Positions 1 to 10,859 of a stretch of DNA of 64,000 nucleotides are shown here, in pieces; the first letter of the stretch is position 1, and every line of letters starts with the position of its first letter. The stretch comes from Hypanus sabinus. Taxonomy: Eukaryota. Below the pieces are notes generated by a model. That model was not told the origin of the DNA. It saw nothing but the letters and a program-made list of their open reading frames with translations, and ran no database searches. Both the position numbers and the translations under genes were made by a program. Where the stretch lies: NCBI RefSeq assembly GCF_030144855.1, contig NC_082709.1:53196001-53260000 (forward strand), in the 5' to 3' direction.

Positions 1-689
1 TCCTGAATTGCTGAGTGTGTGTTTCTGGGTTCCTCTCTGAAGGCAGTAATGAGAAAAGAGCATGTCCTGTGTAGTGGGGGCCCTTAGTAATGGATGACAG
101 GCTTGAGGAGCTGAGCGGCCTATTCCTGTTTCCATATTCTTGTGTTCTTGTGAGTTGACATAAAAATATTGATCTGAATGATCTGTATGACATAATTACG
201 ATCTTCTGTGAATAAAGAATGTTTTGAATAACTTAAGAGATTGAAATACCCGTATACATGCATCAGATTAAATGTGGCAGTAAACATTGAATTAGCTGAA
301 TTGAAGGATAAATTAGCTTTTAATTCTATCTTTCCTTCCATATCTTTAGTTCACAGTTTGCACACGATGCAGAGGTAATCAGAGCTCCCTGGTTTTGATC
401 CTGAATAGCTTGGTGTGAATATTTTCACCCTGACTTGTTGAAATGGGCACAGCCACTGAAGGGTGCCATACAAGAACAGACACCCGATTTCAGCAAGGCC
501 ATGCAGAGACTATACCAGAAGCACTGTGGGCAGTGGCAGAATCGGGCAAGGAGAAGGTATTCTCTGGCAGTTGAATGGAAAATCTTGGCTGTCCTTATTT
601 TGTCCTTGACAGTAATGTTTCCAAAGTTTCCATGTTTTAGGCTGCCTTTCTACAGAAAAGACAGGTATTGACCATGCCATACAGTGGTG

Positions 690-1460
690 ATAGGAATGTA
701 TTTAGTGTGCCTGTCTTCATTAGATGGGGCATTGGCTGTGGGAGTAGGGACATCATGTTACAGTTGTATAAAATGTTGGTGAAACTGCAGGAAAAGATCC
801 TCAAGGATGTTGCCTAGATCAGAGGGCTTTAATTATGGAGGAAGGCTGAAAAGGCTTTGTCTGCTTTCCCTGTAGTGAAGGAGTTTGAGAGGTGATCTTA
901 CAGTAGTTTATAAAGTTATCAGGTAGATAGTGGGTGTCTCTTTCCTTTGGTAGTGGTATTTAAATCTAGAGGGTACTGTAGCGGTGTGCTACACGCAGCG
1001 CTAAAATTACGACACGGAGTCGGTAACTGCAGTCGAAGGAAAAAACTTTATTCGAAAACTTCAGCCTCACTTTTAAGCCTCTGTCAACCGGCCCCCCATG
1101 GCGCAGAGGCTCCAAAGCTCTGTGCTCGCAAACCCCCGTAGGCTATCTAATTGTGAGTCGGTTCGGATACGCTAGGAAATGGGTCGCCACAGTACGATAT
1201 TAAAGCGACAGGGCACAGAAGAAAGCAGGCAACCATATAAGCATGATAGTTGGGACTGAGGAAGTGGGACAAATGAGCCATTTCTTTCTCTATGCTTAGC
1301 AACTTTATGATTCAAGAATTTCTTTAAGGCTAGTGCAGATGGATACCTGAAAGACAAGTGGCTGAAAGATTATACAGTGTGTGGAGGTGAGGTTATAAAG
1401 AGATCAGCACGATCGCATTGAACGGTGAAGCAAATCTGAGGGGCTGACTGGTCCCAGTGT
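690..1460 (+). mobile_element. Degraded CR1-like LINE 3' fragment, interrupted by a solo LTR
   Basis: Resembles the CR1 ORF2 C-terminus (e.g. 'atgttacagttgtataaaatgttggtgaaac', 'ttgagaggtgatcttacagtagtttataaag'). Boundaries approximate. Confidence 0.55.
977..1191 (-). mobile_element. Solo LTR (215 bp)
   Basis: TGTAGCG...CGCCACA termini; 4-bp target-site duplication GTAC (973-976 and 1192-1195); CpG-rich, so probably young; TTTATT on + gives AATAAA on the minus strand. Confidence 0.75.
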
Positions 1461-1628
1461 CCAGGGCTTGCTTAGAATTTCAGATTCAGATTTACTTGTC
1501 AAGTGTATTTCAAAACATACAGTGAAATGCATCATTTGCATTAACAACCAACACACCCAAAGATGTGCTAGGGACAGCCCACAAGTGTCACCACACATTC
1601 TGGTGCCAACAGATAAAGATAGACATCA

Positions 1629-1976
1629 NNNNNNNNNNNNNNNNNNNNNNNNNNNNNNNNNNNNNNNNNNNNNNNNNNNNNNNNNNNNNNNNNNNNNNNN
1701 NNNNNNNNNNNNNNNNNNNNNNNNNNNNNNNNNNNNNNNNNNNNNNNNNNNNNNNNNNNNNNNNNNNNNNNNNNNNNNNNNNNNNNNNNNNNNNNNNNNN
1801 NNNNNNNNNNNNNNNNNNNNNNNNNNNNNNNNNNNNNNNNNNNNNNNNNNNNNNNNNNNNNNNNNNNNNNNNNNNNNNNNNNNNNNNNNNNNNNNNNNNN
1901 NNNNNNNNNNNNNNNNNNNNNNNNNNNNNNNNNNNNNNNNNNNNNNNNNNNNNNNNNNNNNNNNNNNNNNNNNNNN
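1629..1976. other. Assembly gap (348 N)
   Basis: Run of N. Confidence 1.
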
Positions 1977-2145
1977 GACACACATACAAATGATAAAGGC
2001 ACCTACATAAACAAACACACACACTCATATACATGGAGATACACAAGCACACACAAACATACACAGACATGCATAATGCACATAGATACGTACGCACACA
2101 CATACATACAAACACACACAAATACACACACACAATCACACACGC
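1977..2145. repeat. Degenerate (CA)n-rich microsatellite next to the gap
   Basis: Imperfect CA/CATA repeats. Confidence 0.9.
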
Positions 2146-2829
2146 AGAGGCAATGGGTCAGTTTCTTCATGACTTCTATCAAACTTCACTGAACATTGCT
2201 CAGTTTCGCCATCGTGTGGAAAAACCAGGATGTGGTGAAATGCACATTTCTTGATATAGAAATTCTGATTCCCATAACATCCCAGTGACACAACAGACAA
2301 TTCAGAATGTTATCCCTAAAAATAATTTTGGTTGGAGTAAACAAAAACAGCAAATCTGTGTGTAAACTTAGATGCAAACTTAATTATTTTGCTATCAAAT
2401 GCTGCAGATGCTGGAAATCTGAAACAAAAAAACGAACAAACGGGAAAAACACTATTCTGGAAAGAGCCAAAAGGATGGGGAGCATCGGCTGAGGAATAAT
2501 TGCACTTCAGGTTGAAATCTTTGCATCATAAGAGGAAGGATGTAAAGACGTGGCAGGCTTTGGGGTATAAAAAAGAGGAAGAAGCAAAGATCTGGAGTAA
2601 ATGTCTTTCAAAAGTAAAAAGACGAAGATTAATTGAAGTGAGGGATGCTTGTAGAAAGTTAAAGAGGTGACATTTTGGGACAAGGGAGGGTTAAATGGTC
2701 ATCTCAACAGTCTATTGTAAAACAGAAAATGTCAGCAGGTTAGGGAGCGTGGGATAAACAGATAGAAAGAGAAAAAGTGAGAGCAGTAGGGGAAGAAATT
2801 GCTGAAATGTGAGAACATTTTAGAGCACC

Positions 2830-3090
2830 ACAGTAACACAGGGGTTAGCTGAGTTGGAGTTGCAGTTCAGTTCTGATACTGTCTGTAAGAAGCTTAGACG
2901 TCTGTCCTGTGAGTGCATAGGTTTCCTCTGGGTGCTCTGGTTTCCTCCCACAGTCCAAAGACATACCGGTTAGCAGGTTAATTGGTCATTGTAAATTGTC
3001 CTGTGGTTATGCTAAGATTAAATAGATGGGCTGCTGGGTAATGCAGCTTGTTGGGCTGAAGGGCCTGTTCCATACCATATCTCTAAATAA
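2830..3090 (+). mobile_element. V-SINE/HE1-like SINE
   Basis: Contains the central-domain-like string 'gtttcctctgggtgctctggtttcctcccacagtccaaagac...taattggtcattgtaaattgtcc' and a CR1-like tail 'gggctgaagggcctgttcc'. Confidence 0.6.
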
Positions 3091-6000
3091 AGAACATTAC
3101 ATTGGACCGAGCAGTGTTTGGCTTCTGAAGAAGCATAAGGCCCTCCGGTCAGATATAAGGTGTGTAAAGTCATTATTTAAGGAGAAATGATTAACGGTGG
3201 GACACAGTATATTTCTAAGGAGCCCAAAATGTCAGGAGTGATGTGAATAGTTGATAGAAGATTGACAGCAGAATTGGAAAAGGAGGGAATAAATCTCTTC
3301 CATTTGCTTATCACCCATCCTCATATGGATCCACCTATTGCTCGCTAGCTCCTGCTCCAGCCCTTCCCTTCACCTTTCCTCTCTAGTCTTTCATTCCTGA
3401 CAAAGTGTCCTGGCCTGAAATGTTGACTGTTCAGTTCCTTCCGCAGATACTGCCTGATATGTTAAGTTCCCATAGATCTTGATAATTACTCTGGATTCAA
3501 GCATCTTCAGTTTCTTATATTGACAAGAAATCAGTTCCTCTGAATGCTTTGCTCATGGATTGGTTAGGAGGCAGAGGACTACTTCTGGCCCCCACCACTC
3601 CCTCCCTTCCAATAATGTGAAAACAGCTTAGAGTGATGTAAGAAGATGCAACTGTTCATAAATGCTCAGCAAAAGGCACAAACAGCATTGATTAAATGAT
3701 TAGATTATTTGCTTCCGGTTACCTCGGCCAAGTGTTGACCAACATGTCTGGTTTATCTTCTCCTAAGTCTTCAAAATTCTTCTCTCTTGACCTTAAGCAC
3801 CCCTTCCCTCAAAACATCTTGCCCTCAGTTCCATCAGGGCCGAAAAGCAGGAAACCTCAAGTATGAAGTTCTCCACATGGGTCAACAAACCCCTCGTCCA
3901 AAACAAATCCCTAGTGTATTTCCTACGCATGTGGACTGAATGACCTCTCTTGTCAGGCATACGTTGCTGAGATCACTCTCAAAGGTTTCTTTTCATAACC
4001 TTCTCATATATCAGCTCCACTGAAAATGAATTAAAGGAAACTAATGACTAAATTCATCTCCAATCAATCAGCTGAAATGATGGAACCAGGGTGGCTTTAG
4101 CTAGCAAAATTGAGGTTATATTTAAAATGTAATTTGGGGTTTTATAAATCTGCTGTTTATTTGAGAACAGCAAACTGAAACAGAAAAACATCTTAATGTG
4201 CAAATCTAATTTGGATCTTAAGGTTAAGATTTTAACCGTTGTAAACCAGTTTTTATTCTAAACCTTCTTAAAAATTCAAACTATGTGTGAATCAAGGGAA
4301 GTAAAAAAAAATACAGTTGTGTTTCAGGAACTGTTGCAAATACTGTGGCTGGGTGGGAGATGTAGGCTAATGCTCTTCTGCCTTAACTTGCCACATTATG
4401 AGAACATGCCGAAAATGAATTACATGTCTACCTGTAGAGAGAAAGATACCAAGCTTTGCAGGACCTAATTATAAATATATTCCATGCATATGTATAGTTA
4501 CAGATTCCACAGGCTAGGGAGAGCTTGTTTCGCCCCGCTGGCATATATTGCCAGTTATGCTTCACACAGTTCTCCTCTCACCTCATTCCACTCAATATTC
4601 CCCGTTAATTTTCCATCTCGGTCTCTGCTGCTGTTCTTATCCAGTACTTGTGGAGGGCTTATCACGTTCTTAACATTCTTTGAGTAGAAGAGATATTTCT
4701 GAACTACCTATTGAATTTGATCATGATAATCTTATATTAATTGGGCATTGGTTTCACCCAAGTCTGGGAGCGTCTTCTCCACGCCCGCCATATTGTTACC
4801 TTGAAGACGTTAATCAGGCCACTGGGAACCTCTCTTTTCTTGGGAAAAATAAATAGCCTGTTTGGTCTCCCCGGTCAGAATATCTCCCCAGACCTAATGT
4901 CACCCTTGTGAACTTTCACTGGATCTTCTATGACAGTTTTATAACATAGAGACACAAACAATTTGGAGTACACCAAGTGTGCACTAATCAAAGATCTACA
5001 TGTCTAACTTACCTACTTTATAACATTATCTCATTAAAATAAACAGCAAGATGTTATTTACTATCTTTAATAACTTAATCTGACTTTTGGTCCATGATCT
5101 TACTTAGTCACTTATTTTCCTCATTTTCCTCTAATTTTCTGATGAAATTTACTTTGAACTTTGATATTCAACATGATCATAAGCGACTCATTTGCAGCTG
5201 TCAACATTTTAAGTGTGTTTCACATTTGTTTTACATCCTTTCAGGTCTAAAATCAAGTTTAACAATTTCAGATTATAATGTTACTATTTCCACATACGTT
5301 TCATCCAGTGCCATGATTTATTTCAAATCAAAAATCAAATCAAATCAAATCAAATCCAGTTTAATTATCATTCACGCCATACATAGATACAACTGAACAA
5401 GAGAGTGTTCCTTTGGGGCCAAGGTGCAAAACATTCAAAATAGCAAGCAAACATTCAAAATTAGCAAGTAATATAATTCAAAATAACAAGCAAAGAAGTA
5501 ATGTCACATCCTTTTACACTTTCACATTTTTAATCATTTATCCTCTGCTGCTTTCCACTTCATAAGTGATGTGTTTGTTTCTTCGCCTATCCCTATTCTC
5601 ATCCCACTCTTCACCCTCCATCTCCACTCTCCTTCCTCCTTATTGTAAGATCTATTTTTGTCTCAAACGTTTCCCAGTTTTTGATGATTCATCAAAAAAA
5701 TTAACTGTGTTTCTTTCTGCACATTGGAACTGTCTGATATACTGAAGAACTTCCTGCATATTCTATATTTCTTGTGTAAGTTCCAAGCGATTTGAAACCT
5801 TCCTAGCAAATTCAACATCTCACAAAAAGACAACCTAAGCCGCTGACTTAAAAAAGACCCACCAATGCAAGAGATTTTGATGCAGAGATGTCTCAGCTTG
5901 GACATTGGCAGAGTGAGATTTTCTCTTGTGTAAATAGATGATTGGGCAAGGGAGTTTATGATTGCACTTCTGGCTTTCAACTAGCATTGAAGTAAGCTTG

Positions 6001-6324
6001 CCATTGCTATAAGTGGTAATTGTTCCAATAATTTCAAGTACTAATTGTAATAGATGAAAGTGGCATTGTATAGATACAGATATCAGAACCAATTCTGCTT
6101 ACTAATACACACAAAATGCTGAAGGAACTCAGCAGGTCAGGCAGCATCTATGGCAAGGAATAAAGAGTTGATGTTTCCGGCCGAGACCTTTCATCAGAAC
6201 TCTGCTTACTTTTGTTCCCCTCTCAGGAATAAAGCCTGATCTCTCCCTTTTACCAGTGGATCTTAAAATGATGATGCTATTCGGAAGAAGCACTGCCCAG
6301 ATCACAGCTCACTCAGCAGATTTC

Positions 6325-6395
6325 TGTGCCCACGGTCAACAAGCTGAGCAAATATGAATCAGTGTTTGAATGTGGTGGAGGCACAGTATAAAAAG
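6325..6395 (+). promoter_or_regulatory. Proximal promoter of copy A, TATA box TATAAAA at 6387-6393
   Basis: Block 'cccacggtca-caagctgagcaaa-a-ga-tcagtgtttgaatgtggt...tataaa' is conserved upstream of all three paralogs, about 95-100 nt before the ATG. Confidence 0.75.
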
Positions 6396-6483
6396 ACCAA
6401 AGGCAGTGAGGTGAAGGCAGATCGAGAGAGAGAAGCAGCTCCTTCACACTGAGAACCAGCTGGCTGATCCCGCTCGAGGCAAA

Positions 6484-9400
6484 ATGAAAACCTTCCTGCT
6501 CGCCATCGCTGCCGTGCAGATCCTCCACTGCTCAGGTAGGTACAGGGGAGAGTGGTGATAATCCTGCTAATGAGCTCTAGTTGGCAACACTTCACATGTG
6601 TGCAAGAAGAATTCACTGAGGTTTGTTGGAATGTCTTGTACAACTTTCTCTTTTTCTCTGCAGGAGTGCCAAGCACCAAGAGAGCTCTGAGAGCATCAGT
6701 TATAAAGCTGAATGAAATGACCGAGATCCCCAACCTCTGTGGTGTCACTGACAGAAGAGGGAAGAATGTAAGTTTGCTCTGTTTCCAGATTCTTCACAGG
6801 TGATGCTCTTTTAACAGTGTTACTAAGTGTAGGTAGACCCATCATTGGTAATTGGTTCATTATAGACACAAGTACAGTGAAGTGCTTCTACTTGAATGCC
6901 ATGGAGACAGGTCATTCCATACATAAGTAAGATTATTCCAGTCATATTCACACAGGAGCTGTACATGATGGGCATGTAACTGGCCAGTTTTTGTTCAGAT
7001 GAAAACTGTGTCTATTATTTTGGAGATTTGAATTGGAACTAGGGTTCAGATTAGAAAATGGAAATTTCCAGATGTTGAGATTTGGGGTTTATTTCTGTCT
7101 TGGTTACCTCCAAATCCCATAATAGGATAACCTGTTTGTTAGATTCTTTTCATTATTAACTCCTGCATTTCAAACATCTCTGGCTTAATGGTTAAAGAGG
7201 TGATTTAGTTATTGGACAAATTATATCTCATGCCTTTGCCATTGATGATTCTGAGTACCTCAGGGGGGGCAGACCCTGAAAGTAAAGACCTGTGTTCTGA
7301 GTTTTATCTGTTTGGAAATGGTGACACATTAACTGTATGGTTTCCTATCATTAGGTCTACCGCACGGGGAAACTGTCATACAACGTGGATCTAATATTTT
7401 CAGTGAAAGAAACTGTCTGTTCCAAAAATTCCAGACTGGAATTTGATGATCGCAGATGTCACTTCCGTCCCAAAAAGACTGCGGTAAGACCTGATTTACA
7501 TTATAGCATCCAAACCACTGTTTCTACTGAGGTGTATCACAAAAAGGCTATGAATGTTTGAATGATCGATAGAGGCATGAAAACTGAGCCATTTGATAGA
7601 AAGGGCTAGTTATACTGCAGTTAATCATGGAATATGCCAGTGGTACTGACTTAAATCATAGAAATAGCTGTGAGTGGTGAATTATATCAAAGAAATTACT
7701 GCAGGCACTGAATTATTATCTTACCAAAGGGTCATTAGTATTGAGTTATTTCATAGCAATTGCCTATTAATTACATTGTGCAATAAAGAGCAACACGTAA
7801 CAATAATTTCTCTTTTGCTATCTTCACAGGCAAAAGGAATCTGCAAAAGCAGTGTTGAATACTTTGCTGGCAAGGTTGTTGACATTGATGTGGAGTGTCG
7901 AGGTCTGAGGACAATTGGTAGCAACAGTCATTCATTAGAGTCGAGCGAAAACAGCATAGAGGTAAGTTCCTTGTCATACAAGACAACACTCACAAAATAC
8001 TGAAGGAACTCAGCAGGTCAGGCTGAAATATGGAAATAAATAAACAGTTTTCGGTTAAGACCCATCTTGTGTTTTTGATACAGTTCAGTTTAGTGGGCCT
8101 TTGTGATCTGGATCAGGTTTATAACTTTGCTTACTTTACATGGAGAATGCCGGGAAGCACTGGAGCAGACCTCTGAGCTCTATTTTATTGTTTCATTGGA
8201 TGCACAGATGTCAGGAAACATCAGAATTCTGTCAAAACTTCCTTGTGCAAAGTGTGCTGTACATTAGACAGTAATGGACACAATGCTTCTCTGAAATATG
8301 GTTCTGTTCAAGTCAATAGAATGGAATTTCAGAAGTGTATTGCATGATGCCTACCTTACAAGACTGGGTGTTTAGAGTTTGCAAATGAGGTCCAATTGCA
8401 GTCAGAGCTAAGCAAACAATACCTCTCTATTGATGAAGGAATAAGACAACAGAGTTCATTGCGTGACTGGCTGTATTGCTATTGCTAGGATATCCAAATC
8501 CCGTGCCCTTCCTGAGCCAATTCAACTACAAGTGAATATTAAAGATACAGTATTAGTGTCTCCTCATTTCTTCTTTTATTTTAGGATAAACTTTATCAAC
8601 TTTATTTGCTTTGTGCATTTTCATGTAAGGGAATTAGCAGTGGCGTGTTTGCGTGACATGCAACAAAAGACAATAGTCAATAATTCTCAGTTAGAAGTTT
8701 GACTTTTGAGGTAATACCTTTTGAGGTAATACTTTTGAGGCATTGAATTAAAGAACCTCATCTAGCATTGTTCTAATCCTAATTATATTAATATTTTATA
8801 TAGCTGAAAGCCTGGAGAACACCTGTTCGAGAAGTCTATAAACGTAAGTACTGTTTGCCAGATTATTAATAATGCAGCATCAACACCTGGACTTTACCAG
8901 CTGGATTACAATTTGTCACAACAATGATTCAGAATTAGTTCCCATGGAGTCATTAATAGGACCTTCAGCCCAAATCACCCATGTCAACCAAGTTGGCTAT
9001 CAGAGTTTGTCCTATTTGCCTACATTTTAGCGATATCTCTCTAAACCTCTGCTATCCATGTAACTGTTTAGATTCCATGCATGTTCCCACCACGAACATT
9101 AAGCTGACCTGTCTGTGATTCCCTGGACATGCCCCATTCCCCTTTTCAAATAAAGGCATTTATACTACTTGAGTCCTCCAGTACTCTGCAATTACTTGAA
9201 CATTGCTGAGCACTGGAGAAATCCATTGCCAACCAAAAGATTTTCAATTCAGCCTAAACAACAGAGATATTTTATTATTTTGTTAATGTTAGGTCAAAAT
9301 AAATTAATATCTTGGTTTCATAGGTATAGCTGCTTCCATTGACATCATCTACTAGGTCATCATTGTTAGTTCTTTTGGGTGTAGAGCAGAATATAGGCTA

Positions 9401-9711
9401 ATTAATTTCAGCAATCATGAGCTATCCATTGACTCCACAGTCTCACTCTATCTGGGATATATTGACTGAAGTGGTACTGTAGAATGTGTCATATTTAATA
9501 AGGACTTTCCATTTCACTTAGTCATTGAAGCAACATAGATATTTATAGAGTTAGCACATAAGCATACTTTCATTTAGTTATATGGTATCTGTTGCTTACA
9601 GATTATTATGATAGATTTCAAATATTAAGAATATCCTCTGGTACTTAGATTAAACAGGAGACTTAATATTTCATTACAGGTGTAAAACAAGTCAAACGAA
9701 TCGTTGGTTGA
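6484..9711 (+). CDS. SPP2: SPP2/Spp24-like secreted cystatin-fold protein, copy A (predicted 162 aa, cationic C-terminus)
   Basis: All introns GT-AG. Exons: 6484-6535 (MKTFLLAIAAVQILHCS/G signal peptide), 6664-6767 (VPSTKRALRASVIKLN...GKN), 7355-7483 (VYRTGK...FSVKETVCSKN...CHFRPKKTA), 7830-7961 (AKGICKSSVEYFAGKVVDIDVEC...SSENSIE), 8804-8843 (40 nt), 9680-9724 (stop TGA 9709-9711), last exon from 9854 (predicted UTR). ALRASVIKLN, FSVKETVC, C-x17-C and the following Ser/Glu patch match Spp24 as I recall it (ALSASVVKVN, FSIRETTC, CRSTV...C, SSEE). Exons 1-4 are secure; the tail depends on which acceptor exon 5 uses. The symbol means SPP2-like paralog, not proven orthology. Confidence 0.82.
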
Positions 9712-10092
9712 AGAATCTTCAAATGTAAGTGTACACTGTTTTGTGTAAGACACTTCAATGATCTTGATCACCTTTATCAATAATTATAAAACGCTAAGTT
9801 CAGATGGAAATCATCTAATTAAAAATGACCATTCTGTGATTTCTTTATTCCAGGAGAACAAGAAGATTCAAAAGTCGAAAACCAAAGATGAATGAAATGC
9901 CTGAAAAATCAAGTGTAAACACAAGAAGACCTCATTTAGTTTAAATATTTAATCAATTATACAGTACATGTTCATATTTAGTGGGGGTTCTGGGGATTCC
10001 TGACTGTAAATTTTGCTGTAACTGGAAGATTCCATAGATTGTATATGTTCTGTCATTCAGTTTGTATTGTAATCCTGCATTCTGTGAATCAA

Positions 10093-10098
10093 ATTAAA
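10093..10098 (+). terminator. Putative polyadenylation signal (ATTAAA) of copy A
   Basis: Same position in the 3' UTR as the AATAAA of copies B and C ('gtgaatcaaattaaaag' vs 'gtggatcaaaataaag'). Confidence 0.6.
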
Positions 10099-10319
10099 AG
10101 TATAAAGAAAATATTTACTCATCTTCCAACTGCTGTTTCTCAGTTCACACAAACCATCCATGCATACATTTGGGTGAAGTGTCCTCAATCTATTGACAGC
10201 TGCTGGTAGGTTTGCTTGTGTAGGGCTTGTGTGGGTTGGGGTGGGAGGATGTAGGAGTATTTGGTGGAGAGGCATTGCAGTTTCCAATCATAAACACTCC
10301 TCACCTTCTCTCTTGTTCA

Positions 10320-10815
10320 AGATAAAGGTCTAAGAATAAACTGGGAAATTATAGGCCAGTGAGCCTGACGTCAGTCATGGGTAAATTATTGGAAGGTATT
10401 CTAAAGGACAGGATATATAAGTATTTGGATAGATAAGACCTGATTACAGATAATCAATATGGTTTTGTGCATGGCTTGTCATGTTTCCTGATTATTATAG
10501 AGTTTTTTTGAGATGGGTTCCAAGAAGGTTGATGAAGGAAAGGTGGTGGATGTTATCTATATGGGCTATAGCAAGGCCTTTGACAAAGTTATGCATGGTA
10601 GGGTGCCTGAGAAGTGTTCAATTGGATTAAATATCAACTTAGCAGGAGAAGCCAGAGAGTGGTAGTAGATAGATGTCTCTCTGACTGGAGGTTTGTGACT
10701 AGTAGTATGCTAGTGGAATTGGTGTTGGGTTCAATTGTCATCTATTTTGTATGACTTAGATGATAATGGGGTAAACTGGATCAACAAATTTGAGGATGAC
10801 ATCAAATTTGGAGAC
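10320..10815 (+). mobile_element. CR1 LINE reverse-transcriptase fragment
   Basis: Translates to GNYRPVSLTSVMGKLLEGILKDRIYKYLD...QYGFVHG and ...SKAFDKV..., with frameshifts. Confidence 0.8.
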
Positions 10816-10859
10816 AACTATCACTTGATTGGCGATCCATTCACAATTTGCATGCTATA

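Noticed and set aside
1468-2139. ORFs of 130-180 aa in several frames
   Set aside because: Artefacts of translating through the N gap and the CA microsatellite.
6110-6200. Recurring 'cacaaaatgctg.aggaactcagcaggtcaggcagcatctatgg' motif (also ~7990, ~36240, ~58670) as a cluster-specific regulatory element
   Set aside because: It occurs at unrelated positions relative to the genes and looks like a short fragment of an abundant interspersed repeat.
8811-9685. Copy A as a pseudogene or truncated form (33-nt exon 5 from an AAG acceptor, then GTG-TAA)
   Set aside because: Not preferred, though not excluded. The upstream TAG at 8801-8803 is the first AG after the T-rich tract and aligns with the start of the paralogous microexons, and exons 1-4, the promoter and the splice sites are intact.
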